Made by a program: the position numbers and the translations under genes. Of a stretch of 64,000 bases of DNA, positions 18,227 to 30,488 are shown one piece after another. Positions within the stretch are counted from its first letter, which is position 1. Every line of letters starts with the position of its first letter. The notes under the pieces were generated by a model. That model was given only the letters and a program-made list of their open reading frames with translations. It was not told the DNA's origin and did no database searches. The DNA is from Candidatus Kerfeldbacteria bacterium (GTDB lineage: Bacteria > Patescibacteriota > Patescibacteriia > SBBC01), in assembly GCA_016207275.1 (NCBI GenBank), contig JACQPY010000014.1:6035-70034 (forward strand). Reading direction: 5' to 3'.

Positions 18227-19822
18227 TCAGCCTTCGGCCGTGGTCCCCGACCCCGTTCGCACGACTTCGGTATCCGGCTCCACAGTCTCCGGCAGTCCGA
18301 ACTTACCGCGGATGTGATCGATCCAGTACTGCGGATCGAGCGACCGGCCGGTCGCCACGACGATCAGGTCGTCCAGCGTGGCCGTGTGGCCGAACGAGTA
18401 GACGCGCTGACGTAGGAACTCGTTCAGATGGCCGAACATCCCCCGCCCGAACTGTTCCTGCCACTCCGGCTCGACCAGAACGAAACTCGCGAACTGCTGA
18501 GCTGCGCCGAGATTGCCGAGCGTGTAGGTCCCGAAGTAACCGAGACTGCCGCTCGACCAGTGGACATCCTGGAGAACGCCCTCCGCGTCGTTCCCCGGCC
18601 GAATGCCGAGCAACTCTTCGTAGCCGTCGTTCCACGCCTGCGGCAGGTCCTCGACCGACAGCTGTCCCGACAGGAGCTGCATCTCCAGCCGCACCCGGAT
18701 CAGGATGTGCAGGTTGTAGGTCGCCTCGTCCGCGTCGACCCGAATCAGGCTCGACCGCACCATGTTGACCGCCCGGTAGAAATGCTCCGGCGCGATGTCC
18801 TGGAGCATCGGATCGTGATCGCGGACGTCGGCGAAGAAGTACTCCCAGAACGCGCGGCTGCCAAAAACATGATTCTGCCACAGCCGCGACTGCGTCTCGT
18901 GGATCCCGAGCGAATAAATGAACCCGCTCGGCATTCCCCAGGCGAGCAGCTCCGGCTTGGCCTGCTCGAACAGGCCGTGTCCGCACTCATGGGCCGTCGC
19001 CGACAGCGCCTTGAGCACGGCCGTTGGCGCGAACCGGGTCGTCAGTCGGACGTCGTCCGGCCCGACCGTTGAACAGAACGGGTGGACCGTCGTGTCGAAG
19101 CCGCCGGCGTCGAAATCGAATCCGAAGGACTCGAGCAGTTTCCGGCAGAGGGCTTGCTGCACCCAGACCGGCCAGGGACCCATCTCCGCCCGAAGGTCAT
19201 CCCGATCGTCCTGCCGAACTGTCCGGAGGAAATCCGGGAGCCAGCTTGTCGCCTGTTCGAGAACGTCGATCAGGCGTGTCGTGGTGAACCCCGGTTCGTA
19301 GCCCTGCAGCAGGGCGTCGTACAGCGAGTATGGATCGCCTGCCACGCCGCCGTACGCCAGCGCTTCGGCCTGAACCAGCTCGATGACGCCCTTGAGATGC
19401 GGCGCGAACATCGAGAAGTCGCTGGCCGCCCGAGCTGCCTGCCAAGCGGCCTGAGCTTCCGTCGTTACGGCCGCCCGACGCTGAACCAATTCTCGGGGAA
19501 GCCGCGTTGCGCGACGGTAGCTGAACGCCAACCGCCGGATGTACGCCGCCTCATCCGGACCAAACTCATCGATCCGGCTCTCGAGCTCATCGAGCTGACC
19601 AGGGCTGATGCCGTTGACGAACGCCTCATGCGCCTCCACCGCCATCAGGCTCCGAAGGTATCCCCGGCCGACCGCTCCCTTCGCCGAACCGTGCGTTCGG
19701 CTAAACCAGTCGTCCCGCTCGAGCAGGTACATCCACCCGGATGCTGCTTTCAACCGCTGCATCACACTGTCAAAGACCTCTCGCGCGCTCATGGCCCGTT
19801 CCTCCTTTGGTTTAAGGGCCAA
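18227..19822 (-). CDS. carboxypeptidase Taq (M32) family metallopeptidase
   Basis: 'HECGHGLFEQ' HExxH and 'GIHETQSRLWQNHV' (HESQS-like) motifs characteristic of M32. Confidence 0.8.
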   Translation of the reverse strand: MALKPKEERAMSAREVFDSVMQRLKAASGWMYLLERDDWFSRTHGSAKGAVGRGYLRSLMAVEAHEAFVNGISPGQLDELESRIDEFGPDEAAYIRRLAFSYRRATRLPRELVQRRAAVTTEAQAAWQAARAASDFSMFAPHLKGVIELVQAEALAYGGVAGDPYSLYDALLQGYEPGFTTTRLIDVLEQATSWLPDFLRTVRQDDRDDLRAEMGPWPVWVQQALCRKLLESFGFDFDAGGFDTTVHPFCSTVGPDDVRLTTRFAPTAVLKALSATAHECGHGLFEQAKPELLAWGMPSGFIYSLGIHETQSRLWQNHVFGSRAFWEYFFADVRDHDPMLQDIAPEHFYRAVNMVRSSLIRVDADEATYNLHILIRVRLEMQLLSGQLSVEDLPQAWNDGYEELLGIRPGNDAEGVLQDVHWSSGSLGYFGTYTLGNLGAAQQFASFVLVEPEWQEQFGRGMFGHLNEFLRQRVYSFGHTATLDDLIVVATGRSLDPQYWIDHIRGKFGLPETVEPDTEVVRTGSGTTAEG

Positions 19823-19885
19823 CCAGAAACAACCGTTTACAACAACGGCAGAACCTTATCAGAGCGTTAGCGGGCCGTCAATTCG

Positions 19886-20518
19886 TTATGCCTCGCCTAG
19901 CCGATCGACGGCTTGCGGCACGTCGGAAAATTTTTCGACCGTCACATCCGCGCCCGGCAGCGGCTGGGCAGCGTAGAGGATCATCCGCATATCGGCGGCC
20001 TTGGCCGCTTCAATGTCCGTAGCCGCGTCACCAACGTATACGACTTGCGATACTGACAAACCTAGCTTCTGAGCGCCAAACAGCAACGGCGCCGGATGCG
20101 GTTTATGTTCTAGCGTATCTTCAAAACCCACGCGCACCGGGAATAGGCCGTCCAAATCGAAATAGTCCAGCAAACTATTTATTGACGCATGGAGTCGGCT
20201 GGAAACAACGCCGAGCGCATACCGTTTTCCCAACTCCACGAGCACTTCTCTAACGCCGTCCATCAGCACCATCAGGTCATGGCCGCGAGGCAGCACCACG
20301 CCATAGTCGAAAATTTTCTGGATTAACTCATCGCTGGCGCCGGGCGCATAGTGCCGGATGTTATCAATAAACGTGTGGTGATTGCGCTCGGACTGTTCCT
20401 CGTCGGTCGGCCCGCGGAAACCGAAATGACGGAGCACATCACGGTAGAGCTGCGCATTCGCCCGAACCGAGTCCACGAGCACGCCGTCAATGTCGAAGAG
20501 GATAGCCTTCATCGTCAA
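19886..20518 (-). CDS. HAD-IA family hydrolase (phosphatase/phosphoglucomutase-like)
   Basis: 'KAILFDIDGVLVDS' motif I, 'VVSS' motif II, 'YVGDAATDIEAAKAA' motif III/IV. Confidence 0.8.
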   Translation of the reverse strand: MTMKAILFDIDGVLVDSVRANAQLYRDVLRHFGFRGPTDEEQSERNHHTFIDNIRHYAPGASDELIQKIFDYGVVLPRGHDLMVLMDGVREVLVELGKRYALGVVSSRLHASINSLLDYFDLDGLFPVRVGFEDTLEHKPHPAPLLFGAQKLGLSVSQVVYVGDAATDIEAAKAADMRMILYAAQPLPGADVTVEKFSDVPQAVDRLGEA

Positions 20519-20576
20519 CGATAGTATAGCAAATGAGATCCGGGTGGAATTTCATTGATATGGTGGACCGGCCGGA

Positions 20577-20819
20577 TCACGAAGACCCGGCCGGGGTGAT
20601 GTGGTGTCGGCTGATGCAGGCACGAAATTCGCCGACACTGTGGCAGTGGGTGAGATCATCGTCCGGGATGGTCTCGCAGACGCCATCTCGAGAGAGATCG
20701 CCAGCTGCCTGGCGACAGATTTCCAGGGTGAGCGGAAACCAATCTGGCAGCTGACGCCAGATGCGGAACGATAGGGCGCGCCCGACCTGATCCTCAAACG
20801 GCAACGAGCGAGTGGCCAT
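20577..20819 (-). CDS. small Cys/His-rich protein (80 aa), hypothetical
   Basis: ATG 20817-20819 preceded by GGAGGT; 'CRQAAGDLSRDGVC…HCHSVGEFRAC' possible metal-binding motif. Confidence 0.4.
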   Translation of the reverse strand: MATRSLPFEDQVGRALSFRIWRQLPDWFPLTLEICRQAAGDLSRDGVCETIPDDDLTHCHSVGEFRACISRHHITPAGSS

Positions 20820-20903
20820 GACAGACCTCCAATTGTGGCGTGGAACATCAAAAAACTGGCCATTCGTACTGTAACTCATGGGACGAGCGGCTGTCAACCG
20901 TCC

Positions 20904-21218
20904 TTAACCGAGCGGCCGACCAAACCATTCCTCAACTTGATGATGGTACACTTCAAAGGTTTCGCGCAGGCTCTGCCGGACCTCTAACGGAATGGCTTGA
21001 CTCCTCGATTCCCATTGTTTCAACGCCACGGCGTACGCTTTGTGCAAACGGTCGAACAGCTCCTCGACTTCTGGCACACCTGCCGGAAATCGTTCGGTAT
21101 TCAGCCGATGTCGCAGTTCGTCCGCCTGCCAGTGCAAGCGCTCAAACTCACCGAACAGGTCCTGCTGCCAGGCTTCGAATCGTTCGCGTTCGTGGTTGCC
21201 GCCTTCGCGTTCGGGCAT
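20904..21218 (-). CDS. hypothetical protein (104 aa)
   Basis: clean ORF, charged helical composition; no family recognised. Confidence 0.4.
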   Translation of the reverse strand: MPEREGGNHERERFEAWQQDLFGEFERLHWQADELRHRLNTERFPAGVPEVEELFDRLHKAYAVALKQWESRSQAIPLEVRQSLRETFEVYHHQVEEWFGRPLG

Positions 21219-21419
21219 ATAATACCATCATACTAAAACACAACGCGGCTTGAAACTCGCGTCATGTTGATGATGAGAAGGTTCTCGACTCCCCAGCACC
21301 TTGTTGACAAAAGTGCTGGGTCGCTCGAACAACAATTCCTCCCCTGCCCGAGGGGAGGCTAGGTAGGGTGGGAGTTTTCTTCGAGTGAAGCGCAGCGAAG
21401 TCGAGAAGCTACCTATCCA

Positions 21420-21478
21420 TCCGAATCCACGAGCACGCCGTCAATGTCGAACAGAATGGCTTTGATCAAGGCTTTAAA
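21420..21478 (-). pseudogene. remnant duplicate of the HAD hydrolase N-terminus
   Basis: reverse complement encodes '…LIKAILFDIDGVLVD', ~88% identical over ~43 nt to the start of the intact HAD gene at 20476-20518; no ORF continues. Confidence 0.6.
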
Positions 21479-21580
21479 TATTCAAGTTCTACACCCTGCG
21501 ATTCACTATGTTCAATAAACGCCCCGGCCACGCCGAAGGTTAGGTCAAAGGATTGGTACACATCAGATTTATTTCAATTC

Positions 21581-21826
21581 TTATAGCTGATCTTTAAAAT
21601 CGTCCTCTGAACAAATTCCCCATGTTACTAGCTTTGCTGCTAAAGATTTAAGAATGTGTTTATTGATTTCTTTGTGAGCAGTCGGCACAGGATACGTTTC
21701 GCCGTTATAAACATATTTAATAAGCGTATGTTTGTGCCCCTCTATAATAACGATGCCGGGCTTATTGCCCAGCCACGCCAATGCACTCCTAAACTTTTTT
21801 CTTTTTACATTAGCGAACTCCGCCAT
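21581..21826 (-). CDS. hicA: HicA-family toxin (mRNA interferase)-like protein
   Basis: 'KRKKFRSALAWLGNKPGIVIIEGHKHTLIKYVYNGETYPVPTAHKEINKHILKSLAAKL' fits HicA fold pattern (K..L...G…H.KH…vP.H.keI..g.lksI.k); in ~38% GC island. Confidence 0.55.
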   Translation of the reverse strand: MAEFANVKRKKFRSALAWLGNKPGIVIIEGHKHTLIKYVYNGETYPVPTAHKEINKHILKSLAAKLVTWGICSEDDFKDQL

Positions 21827-21836
21827 ACTATTGCCG

Positions 21837-22199
21837 TCATGCTCTTTGTGGAATGGCTTTATGCGTGCTGAATCTGGATCGAGTCACCGCCACGCTTTCT
21901 AACTTTTCTTTCTCTTCCGGTTTTGGAAAATACGGTCGTAATTGGCTTACCACCTCTATATAATCATTTGGAATTTCGTAGGCTGAATATACGGCGTCAT
22001 TAACCATTTCGATAAAATCATCCGAATCGACGCCCTGCGTTAAAAATTCTTTATCATCAGTTTTAATCCTTCCGATAATATACTGACCATCTTTTTCCCA
22101 GCTTACTTCTATTTTTTCTGGTAATCGATAAAAATAAGCCAAAAGTGCTTCTGGTTCAATCTGTCTTTTCCCAAAAAACTTTCTAAACACTTTAAACAT
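21837..22199 (-). CDS. HicB-like antitoxin candidate
   Basis: 'IEVSWEKDGQYIIGRIKTDDKEFLTQGVDSDDFIEMVNDAV' resembles HicB/UPF0150 N-terminal domain; immediately upstream of hicA-like gene in same low-GC island. Confidence 0.4.
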   Translation of the reverse strand: MFKVFRKFFGKRQIEPEALLAYFYRLPEKIEVSWEKDGQYIIGRIKTDDKEFLTQGVDSDDFIEMVNDAVYSAYEIPNDYIEVVSQLRPYFPKPEEKEKLESVAVTRSRFSTHKAIPQRA

Positions 22200-22414
22200 T
22201 AGCTCTATAGTTAGCAGATTTTTGCAACTCTATTGAATTATATCACAAGTTGCAACCTCGAGCTGCAACATTACAAAGAGCCAACTCAGAAGTCAAGTCG
22301 TGCTAGATGTCCAGGTTTTGGACGCTCTCGGCATGCATTTCGTCGACTTTCTTTTCGAGGGCGGCGAGTTTTTGTTCGGAGGGGTTGGTCCATACCGATA
22401 TCCTATCACAAAAA

Positions 22415-22705
22415 TCAATAAAGTCGACTGGTGAGGTCGTGCCACGATGGATTCAACGATTCGATCAGTTTAACCTTCTTGCTGCGACGCCAATCCTTAA
22501 CTCGTTTTTCCGCAACAATCGCCTCATATGCGCTGGCGTGTTCTTCAACGTATACCAAGCGGTACACGTTGTATCGGTACGTGAAGCTGTTGCGGAATTG
22601 ACCGCTGCGGTGTTCCATGATGCGGCAGGCGATGTCATTGGTTATGCCTGTATAGAAAACCGTCCGTCGATCATTGCAGAGAATATAGACGAAAAAACGA
22701 CGCAT
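22415..22705 (-). CDS. GIY-YIG nuclease domain protein (UPF0213-like)
   Basis: 'FFVYILCNDRRTVFYTGITNDIACRIMEHRSG…YRLVYVEEHASAYEAIVAEKRVKDWRRSKKVKLI' GIY-YIG motif order; start at second Met. Confidence 0.7.
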   Translation of the reverse strand: MRRFFVYILCNDRRTVFYTGITNDIACRIMEHRSGQFRNSFTYRYNVYRLVYVEEHASAYEAIVAEKRVKDWRRSKKVKLIESLNPSWHDLTSRLY

Positions 22706-22991
22706 ATACACATTTGCGCCGCCGAACTGTCTCACACAGTTTCTCTTAAACGCCGATGGTTGTCAAATCCGCGGGACTTCTCGGATTTTGATACTACCTT
22801 GGAACTCAAATCATCGGGACCTCTCGCGTTCGCTCGAGGTGACGCCGTGCAGCAAACTGTCACTTCGAGGCAAAGCCGAGAAGTCCCGCGAATCAGCTAA
22901 CAGGCGAGGCGGTTCGTGCTCAGGCAACAGCTAAATATCCAAATTCTGCACCCTTCGACTCGCCGCATTTGCGGCTCGCTCAGGGCGGGCT

Positions 22992-25308
<2,317 letters not shown>

Positions 25309-25312
<4 letters not shown>

Positions 25313-27570
25313 CGAATCGTTGCTCCCAAACGCTTAAGCGCCTCATTAATTACCTTCATTTTAGCGGAAATTTCGCTATCAGTCAATGTCCGATCGGGTG
25401 CCCGGAAGGTCAAGTGCAGGGCATAGCTCCGCCGGCCGGCCTGCTCAAAAACGTCGAATAATTCAACTGATTCTAAGAGCGGTTGGCCGGCTTGACGAAT
25501 GGTTTTTTCAATGTCGACATATCGAACATTTTCCTTTAACCAAAACGATACGTCGCGCCGGATGGCCGGAAAGGTGGGTAGCGGTGTAAAGCGTTTTGGC
25601 TGGCGACGATCTCGCAACTCAACCACGTCAAGCTCACACCATTCAACCACGCGGCCCTTTAACTCACCTTCATATAAATGAACTGGAATTTTACTAGGCA
25701 AGACTCCAAGGGCCTCTAATAATGACTCGATAACGCCTTTTATTTTTCTAGCCTTGCTGTATCCCCGTCTTGACTTGAATGACAAACCGATAACAATTTT
25801 CCAAGGTTGCTGAGCCTCGATTGGCTTTCCTGATGTCGGCAAAAATACACGACCGATCTGGAATACTTTTGCGTCTCGCCCTGCGTCAACTTCATGCCAT
25901 AGAATTGAATGTAGTTGAGGTATGATACTTCTACGCAAATGATGTTGAGATTTATCTAGTGGGTTAGCAATATCAAAATGTGGACCGGACGTATACTCTG
26001 TATTGACCCACGGATTTCCGTAAAACGCATGCGTCATCACCTCGGTAAACCCCAGCTGTACCAGGACATCTCTTATTTCGTCCTTCAGCTGCACCAGCGA
26101 AGGAACCGGCATGGGCACGGTTGGTATGAGCGGCAGCTCTTCCGGCAGTTTGTCGTAGCCCACCAGCCGACCGACCTCTTCAACCACGTCTTCCGGTAAC
26201 GTTACGTCGCGCCGCCAGAACGGAACAGTAACCGTCCACTGCTTGACGGTGCCGCGCACGCCAAAGCCGAGCTTTGTTAAAACTTGTTTCGCTTTCGTTG
26301 GCGCCACGGCCAGGCCCAGCAATTCGGATATGTACGAGGGTGATACTTTCACCACCGTCGGTCGGTCGGGCCGGCGCCCGGCGCGTACCGTTCCTTTGTC
26401 CACGGTCCCGCCGCACCGTTTCGCCATCAACGCGGCCGCCGCCGCACTGGCTTGCGCGGGGAGCTGTACTGTAATTCCTTTTTCAAATCGCCGCGACGAT
26501 TCGGAAATTAATCCAAGCTTCCGCGAAGTTTTGCGCACGCTGACCGGATCGAACACGGCTGACTCCAAAATAACGGCGGTGGTCTGGTCGTTGATTTGCG
26601 TATGCGCGCCGCCCATCACCCCGGCCAAGGCAATCGGACCTTGCGAATCGGCAACCACCAACATTGATGGTTCTAATTTCCGCTCCACGCCATCGAGCGT
26701 GATCAAGCGCTCCCCAACCCTGGCCGTCCGGATAACAATCGCGCCGTGGACTTTGGCCGCATCGAACGCATGGAGTGGCTGGCCGTATTCGACCATCACG
26801 TAGTTGGTAACATCGACCAGAGCGTTGACCGGCCGAATACCGGCCGCCCGCAAGCGCTGCTGCAGCCACGGCGGCGACGGCTTTATCTCAAGACCACGGA
26901 TCACCCGCGCGGTGTAGACAGGACATAACGCCGGCGCTTCGATTTTTACCCGCACCGAGCGCGCGGCCAACGTGGCGCTCTCGCGCACGTCGACCGGCTT
27001 GTCCTTAAACGTCCGGCCGGTAATCGCCGCCACTTCCCAGGCCAGTCCACGCACGGACATCAAGTCGCCGCGGTTGGCCGGCACGGCGATATCGAGCACC
27101 ACCTCGTCAAACCCCATGGCGGTGGCGAACGACATACCGGTTTCAAGATTCGGATCGAGCACCATGATGCCATTCTGATCAGTGCCCAACCCCAGCTCCC
27201 GTTCGGAGCAAACCATGCCCTGCGACACGACGCCGCGAATCGGTCGCGCCGCAATCGTCAATCCGCTTGGCAGCTTGGCGCCGAGCAAGGCGACCGCCAC
27301 CTTTTGGCCGACGGCAACGTTCGGCGCGCCGCAGACGATTTCCTGCGGTTGTCCCCCGCGCGTGGTGACTACCTTGGCTAGCCGCAGCTTGTCGGCGTTC
27401 GGGTGCGGCTTAAGGTCGACGACTTCACCCACCACCACCTTGTCAAAATCTCGGCCGCGGTCAGTCACCTGTTCGACCTCAATTCCAGCCATCGTCAACC
27501 GTTCAGCCAGCTGCTCAGCGGTCAGCTTGACCGACACGAACTCGCGAAGCCAGGACAGCGAGAGTTTCAT
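25309..27570 (-). CDS. pheT: phenylalanine--tRNA ligase beta subunit
   Basis: 'MKLSLSWLREFV' canonical PheT start; B3/4, B5 and class II core similarity. Confidence 0.9.
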
Positions 27571-27648
27571 CCCGTTAGAGCGTTAGATCGTAAACATTCA
27601 GACATAACTCTTTTAATAATGCTTCGGTAAAAACGGCGCTCTAACGGG
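27571..27648. repeat. CCCGTTAGA-family inverted-repeat element, copy 4
   Basis: arms cccgttagagcg / cgctctaacggg; AT-rich core; left arm abuts pheT start codon. Confidence 0.8.
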
Positions 27649-27649
27649 A

Positions 27650-28093
27650 TCATGCCGCCTCCTCTTCGTCTTGGTGCAAGGCCGCTAGGATGAGGTCGAG
27701 AATGTCGTCGCCTTCCCGAATCTGCTCGTCAGTGGTCGGTTGTGCCGGATCGACCGATTTTCGGAGCGCCTCCGCACGGTCCATGACGTGTCGACGCATC
27801 GAGGCGTCCTTGATGAACGTCTCCGCCGCCAAATCAGCGTATGATACGACGCCGGTCAACCAAGCGACCCGGCGCTTGTTCCGCGACTGCGCCTTGAATC
27901 GCAGCTCAGCCAACTCGTCGCTGTCCGGTCCAGGGTAGTCCTCCTTCTTCAGCCGGTCGTCCGGCATATCAACCCACCCGTTTCTCAGGTCCCGGACGCG
28001 GTCGATCAGCCAGTCTTTCGTTCCGGCTTCAAATCGACTCTCTTCAGGGACGTTGTATTGAATCGCGGTATCGCGAGGACGTGGACGTTCCAT
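27650..28093 (-). CDS. hypothetical protein (147 aa)
   Basis: start MERPRPRD overlaps pheS stop (TGATG); no family recognised; track ORF extends further 5' in-frame over pheS coding sequence which I reject. Confidence 0.45.
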   Translation of the reverse strand: MERPRPRDTAIQYNVPEESRFEAGTKDWLIDRVRDLRNGWVDMPDDRLKKEDYPGPDSDELAELRFKAQSRNKRRVAWLTGVVSYADLAAETFIKDASMRRHVMDRAEALRKSVDPAQPTTDEQIREGDDILDLILAALHQDEEEAA

Positions 28094-29088
28094 CAAAACT
28101 GCTTTAGAAATTCCACGTTGCCGCTGTACAGCAAACGAATATCGGGAATGCCGGACTGGAGCAAGACCAGCCGGTCCAAACCCATGCCCCAGGCAAAACC
28201 CTTCCACCTTTTCGGGTCGAGCTTCATCGCCTTAAGCACGTTCGGATGAACCATGCCGGCCCCCAACATTTCCAGCCACGTCGTTTTTTTCCCTTTAACC
28301 CAGCGCAGGTCAATTTCAATCGCCGGTTCGACAAACGGAAAGTGACTTGGCCGAACGCGCAGTTCGACCGCCGGTCCGAGCAAGAGTCGGAAGAACGTCT
28401 TCAACGTCGTGACCACATGGGCCATCGTCAGGTGACGGTCAATGGCAATGCCGTCGCACTGGGTGAACATTGATTCGTGCGCGGCATCGGTGGCTTCGTG
28501 ACGAAAGACCCGGCCGACCTCGACAAACTTGAGCGGCGGCTTCCGGTGAAACTCAACCGCGCGCAGCTGAACGGTCGAGGAATGCGTCCGCAACACCAGC
28601 TCGGGGTGGTCCTTGATGTAGAACGTATCCTGGATGTCGCGAGACGGATGGTCTCTGGGAATGTTCAATCCGGCAAAATTGTACCAGTCAAGTTCCAGTT
28701 CCGGCCCTTCGTGAACGTCGTAGCCGAGGCTGCGCCAGACGCTGAGTACCCGCCGGCCGAGCTGCGTCAGTGGGTGAAGATGACCGCGCTCGATTTTCTC
28801 GCCGGGCAAAGTCGGATCAATCGTCGGCGCCGCGGCACTAAGCTGACGCCGTCGTTGCTCGGCGGCCTGGTCAAGCGCGGCCTGAAGGTCATTCACCAGT
28901 TGACCGAGCTTCGGCCGCTCCGTCGCCGGCAGTCCCGCCAGCCGCCGTCGCCACTCGGTCAATAAACCGTGTCGTCCTTGGAAAGTAGTGACCGCTCGTT
29001 CGAGATCGTCCTGATTGGCGGCGGCGGCGTAAGCCGCCAAGGCTTGCTGTCGAATCTGGGAGAACTCACGTTCCACGATGGCCTCCAT
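28093..29088 (-). CDS. pheS: phenylalanine--tRNA ligase alpha subunit
   Basis: 'FPFVEPAIEIDLRW' and class II motifs; start chosen at MEAIVER (in-frame ATG 29121 also possible). Confidence 0.85.
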   Translation of the reverse strand: MEAIVEREFSQIRQQALAAYAAAANQDDLERAVTTFQGRHGLLTEWRRRLAGLPATERPKLGQLVNDLQAALDQAAEQRRRQLSAAAPTIDPTLPGEKIERGHLHPLTQLGRRVLSVWRSLGYDVHEGPELELDWYNFAGLNIPRDHPSRDIQDTFYIKDHPELVLRTHSSTVQLRAVEFHRKPPLKFVEVGRVFRHEATDAAHESMFTQCDGIAIDRHLTMAHVVTTLKTFFRLLLGPAVELRVRPSHFPFVEPAIEIDLRWVKGKKTTWLEMLGAGMVHPNVLKAMKLDPKRWKGFAWGMGLDRLVLLQSGIPDIRLLYSGNVEFLKQF

Positions 29089-29542
29089 TACGCGACTGTC
29101 GGCTTTCCGCCCGGGCGACAAAAAAAGCTTCGACCAACGACAAAAACATGACCAAGGCCGCTGCCGTCCACCAGGTAAACAACTGCTGCGACTGCAACCA
29201 CAAGCTGCCGGTCAACAACAGGCCAGCCAAAATCGCTTGCCGGAACGAAATGGACACCAGTCGGAAACTGGTTTCCCGCCGTTGGAAGATCCACCGCACC
29301 ACGAAACCGACGATCGAGGCCAAGCCGAAAATCATCAAGAAAAAACTGGAGAAAAACAAGACTAAACCGATGAATCCCGTGCTCTGAGGATCGAGAAATA
29401 ACAAGACCATCACCCAGGACGACGCCGCAATCGCCGTACCGACCGCCATCGTGGTGAGGTATCGCTTAAGAGACATGCTCGGGCTAACTGACGCTGCCCC
29501 GCCTCCCGGAAGTAGGATCAGGATGTCGGGCCAGGCGACCAT
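29066..29542 (-). CDS. membrane protein, hypothetical
   Basis: 4 predicted TM helices; start uncertain (29542 or internal Met at 29476). Confidence 0.45.
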   Translation of the reverse strand: MVAWPDILILLPGGGAASVSPSMSLKRYLTTMAVGTAIAASSWVMVLLFLDPQSTGFIGLVLFFSSFFLMIFGLASIVGFVVRWIFQRRETSFRLVSISFRQAILAGLLLTGSLWLQSQQLFTWWTAAALVMFLSLVEAFFVARAESRQSRNGGHRGT

Positions 29543-29673
29543 ATCGTGTTGTCAGCATACCAGCGCCAGCGGTATTTTTCAAGGAATTACCGTGAAAAAA
29601 TCGACCGTTCTAGTATCGCGGCTGGTTTTCCACAGGCCTAACAATCCATCGCCCTGGACACGGTCAGCGAAAA

Positions 29674-29692
29674 CTACTACACTACGTAGTAG
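29674..29692. promoter_or_regulatory. CTACTAC-N5-GTAGTAG palindromic operator upstream of dsbA-like gene
   Basis: perfect 7-bp arms with 5-nt spacer 'actac', 11 nt upstream of the ORF start; identical arms recur at 35888-35906. Confidence 0.55.
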
Positions 29693-29702
29693 AAACTAAA
29701 CA

Positions 29703-30479
29703 TTGGCCAAACGCGACATGGAAGAAAAACCTTCGAGCAGTCCAAAAACCCCATTTTTCCAGGACACCCAAAAACTGACCTTTGCCCTGGGCCTGTCCTC
29801 GGGATTGGCGGTCATGGCCATTGCTGGCCTGATTATTGTCTCTGTCCAGGGCGGTAACCGAGTCGCCTCGGCTGACGTGAGCGGCAGTGGCAACGACACC
29901 ATCGCTGACACGTCTGTCTCTGACACGGGCAGCGGCGACACAACCACGCCCAACTACGACCCTCTGGCCGTAGCCAGCGCAGTCGGACTTGATCAGAACA
30001 AATTTAAAACCTGTCTTGACAGCAAGAAGTACACCTCCCGGGTCGACCGTGACCTGACCGAAGGCAACAACATCGGCGTCAATGGTACGCCGACCACCTT
30101 CGTCAACGGCACCGCGGTGTCCGGCGCGCTGCCCTACACCCAAATTAAATCGGCCATCGATGCTGCCTTAGCCGGCACCAAAGGCTCAACCGCCGTTCCC
30201 GAGGTTCGCAAAGACGACCATGTCCGCGGCGCCAAAAACCCCAAGGTCTACTTGGTTGAGTATTCTGACTTCCAGTGCCCGTTCTGCCTACGATTTCATC
30301 CCTCGTTGAAACAAGCGCTCGACGAGTACAAAGACAAAGTCGCCCTCGTCTATCGCCACTTCCCGTTGGAATCAATCCACCCGTCCGCCCGACCGCTGGC
30401 TGAGGGATCCGAATGTGCGGCTGAGCTTGGCGGTGAAAACGCCTTCTGGGAATTCCACGACAAGGTCTTCGAGGGCTAA
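29703..30479 (+). CDS. DsbA-like thiol:disulfide oxidoreductase (membrane-anchored thioredoxin-fold protein)
   Basis: N-terminal TM, Ser/Thr/Asp-rich linker, 'YLVEYSDFQCPFCLRFHP' CxxC active site in DsbA context. Confidence 0.8.
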   Translation: MAKRDMEEKPSSSPKTPFFQDTQKLTFALGLSSGLAVMAIAGLIIVSVQGGNRVASADVSGSGNDTIADTSVSDTGSGDTTTPNYDPLAVASAVGLDQNKFKTCLDSKKYTSRVDRDLTEGNNIGVNGTPTTFVNGTAVSGALPYTQIKSAIDAALAGTKGSTAVPEVRKDDHVRGAKNPKVYLVEYSDFQCPFCLRFHPSLKQALDEYKDKVALVYRHFPLESIHPSARPLAEGSECAAELGGENAFWEFHDKVFEG

Positions 30480-30488
30480 CCCTTGACC

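Noticed and set aside
18303-19870. Overlapping ORFs (227, 214, 262 aa) on both strands across the M32 carboxypeptidase gene
   Set aside because: Out-of-frame or antisense to a gene with HExxH and HESQS-like motifs. The products are low-complexity.
22307-22900. 197-aa plus-strand ORF overlapping the GIY-YIG gene
   Set aside because: It is opposite-strand to a motif-bearing GIY-YIG ORF and crosses the 17-bp inverted repeat. There is no RBS and the composition is implausible.
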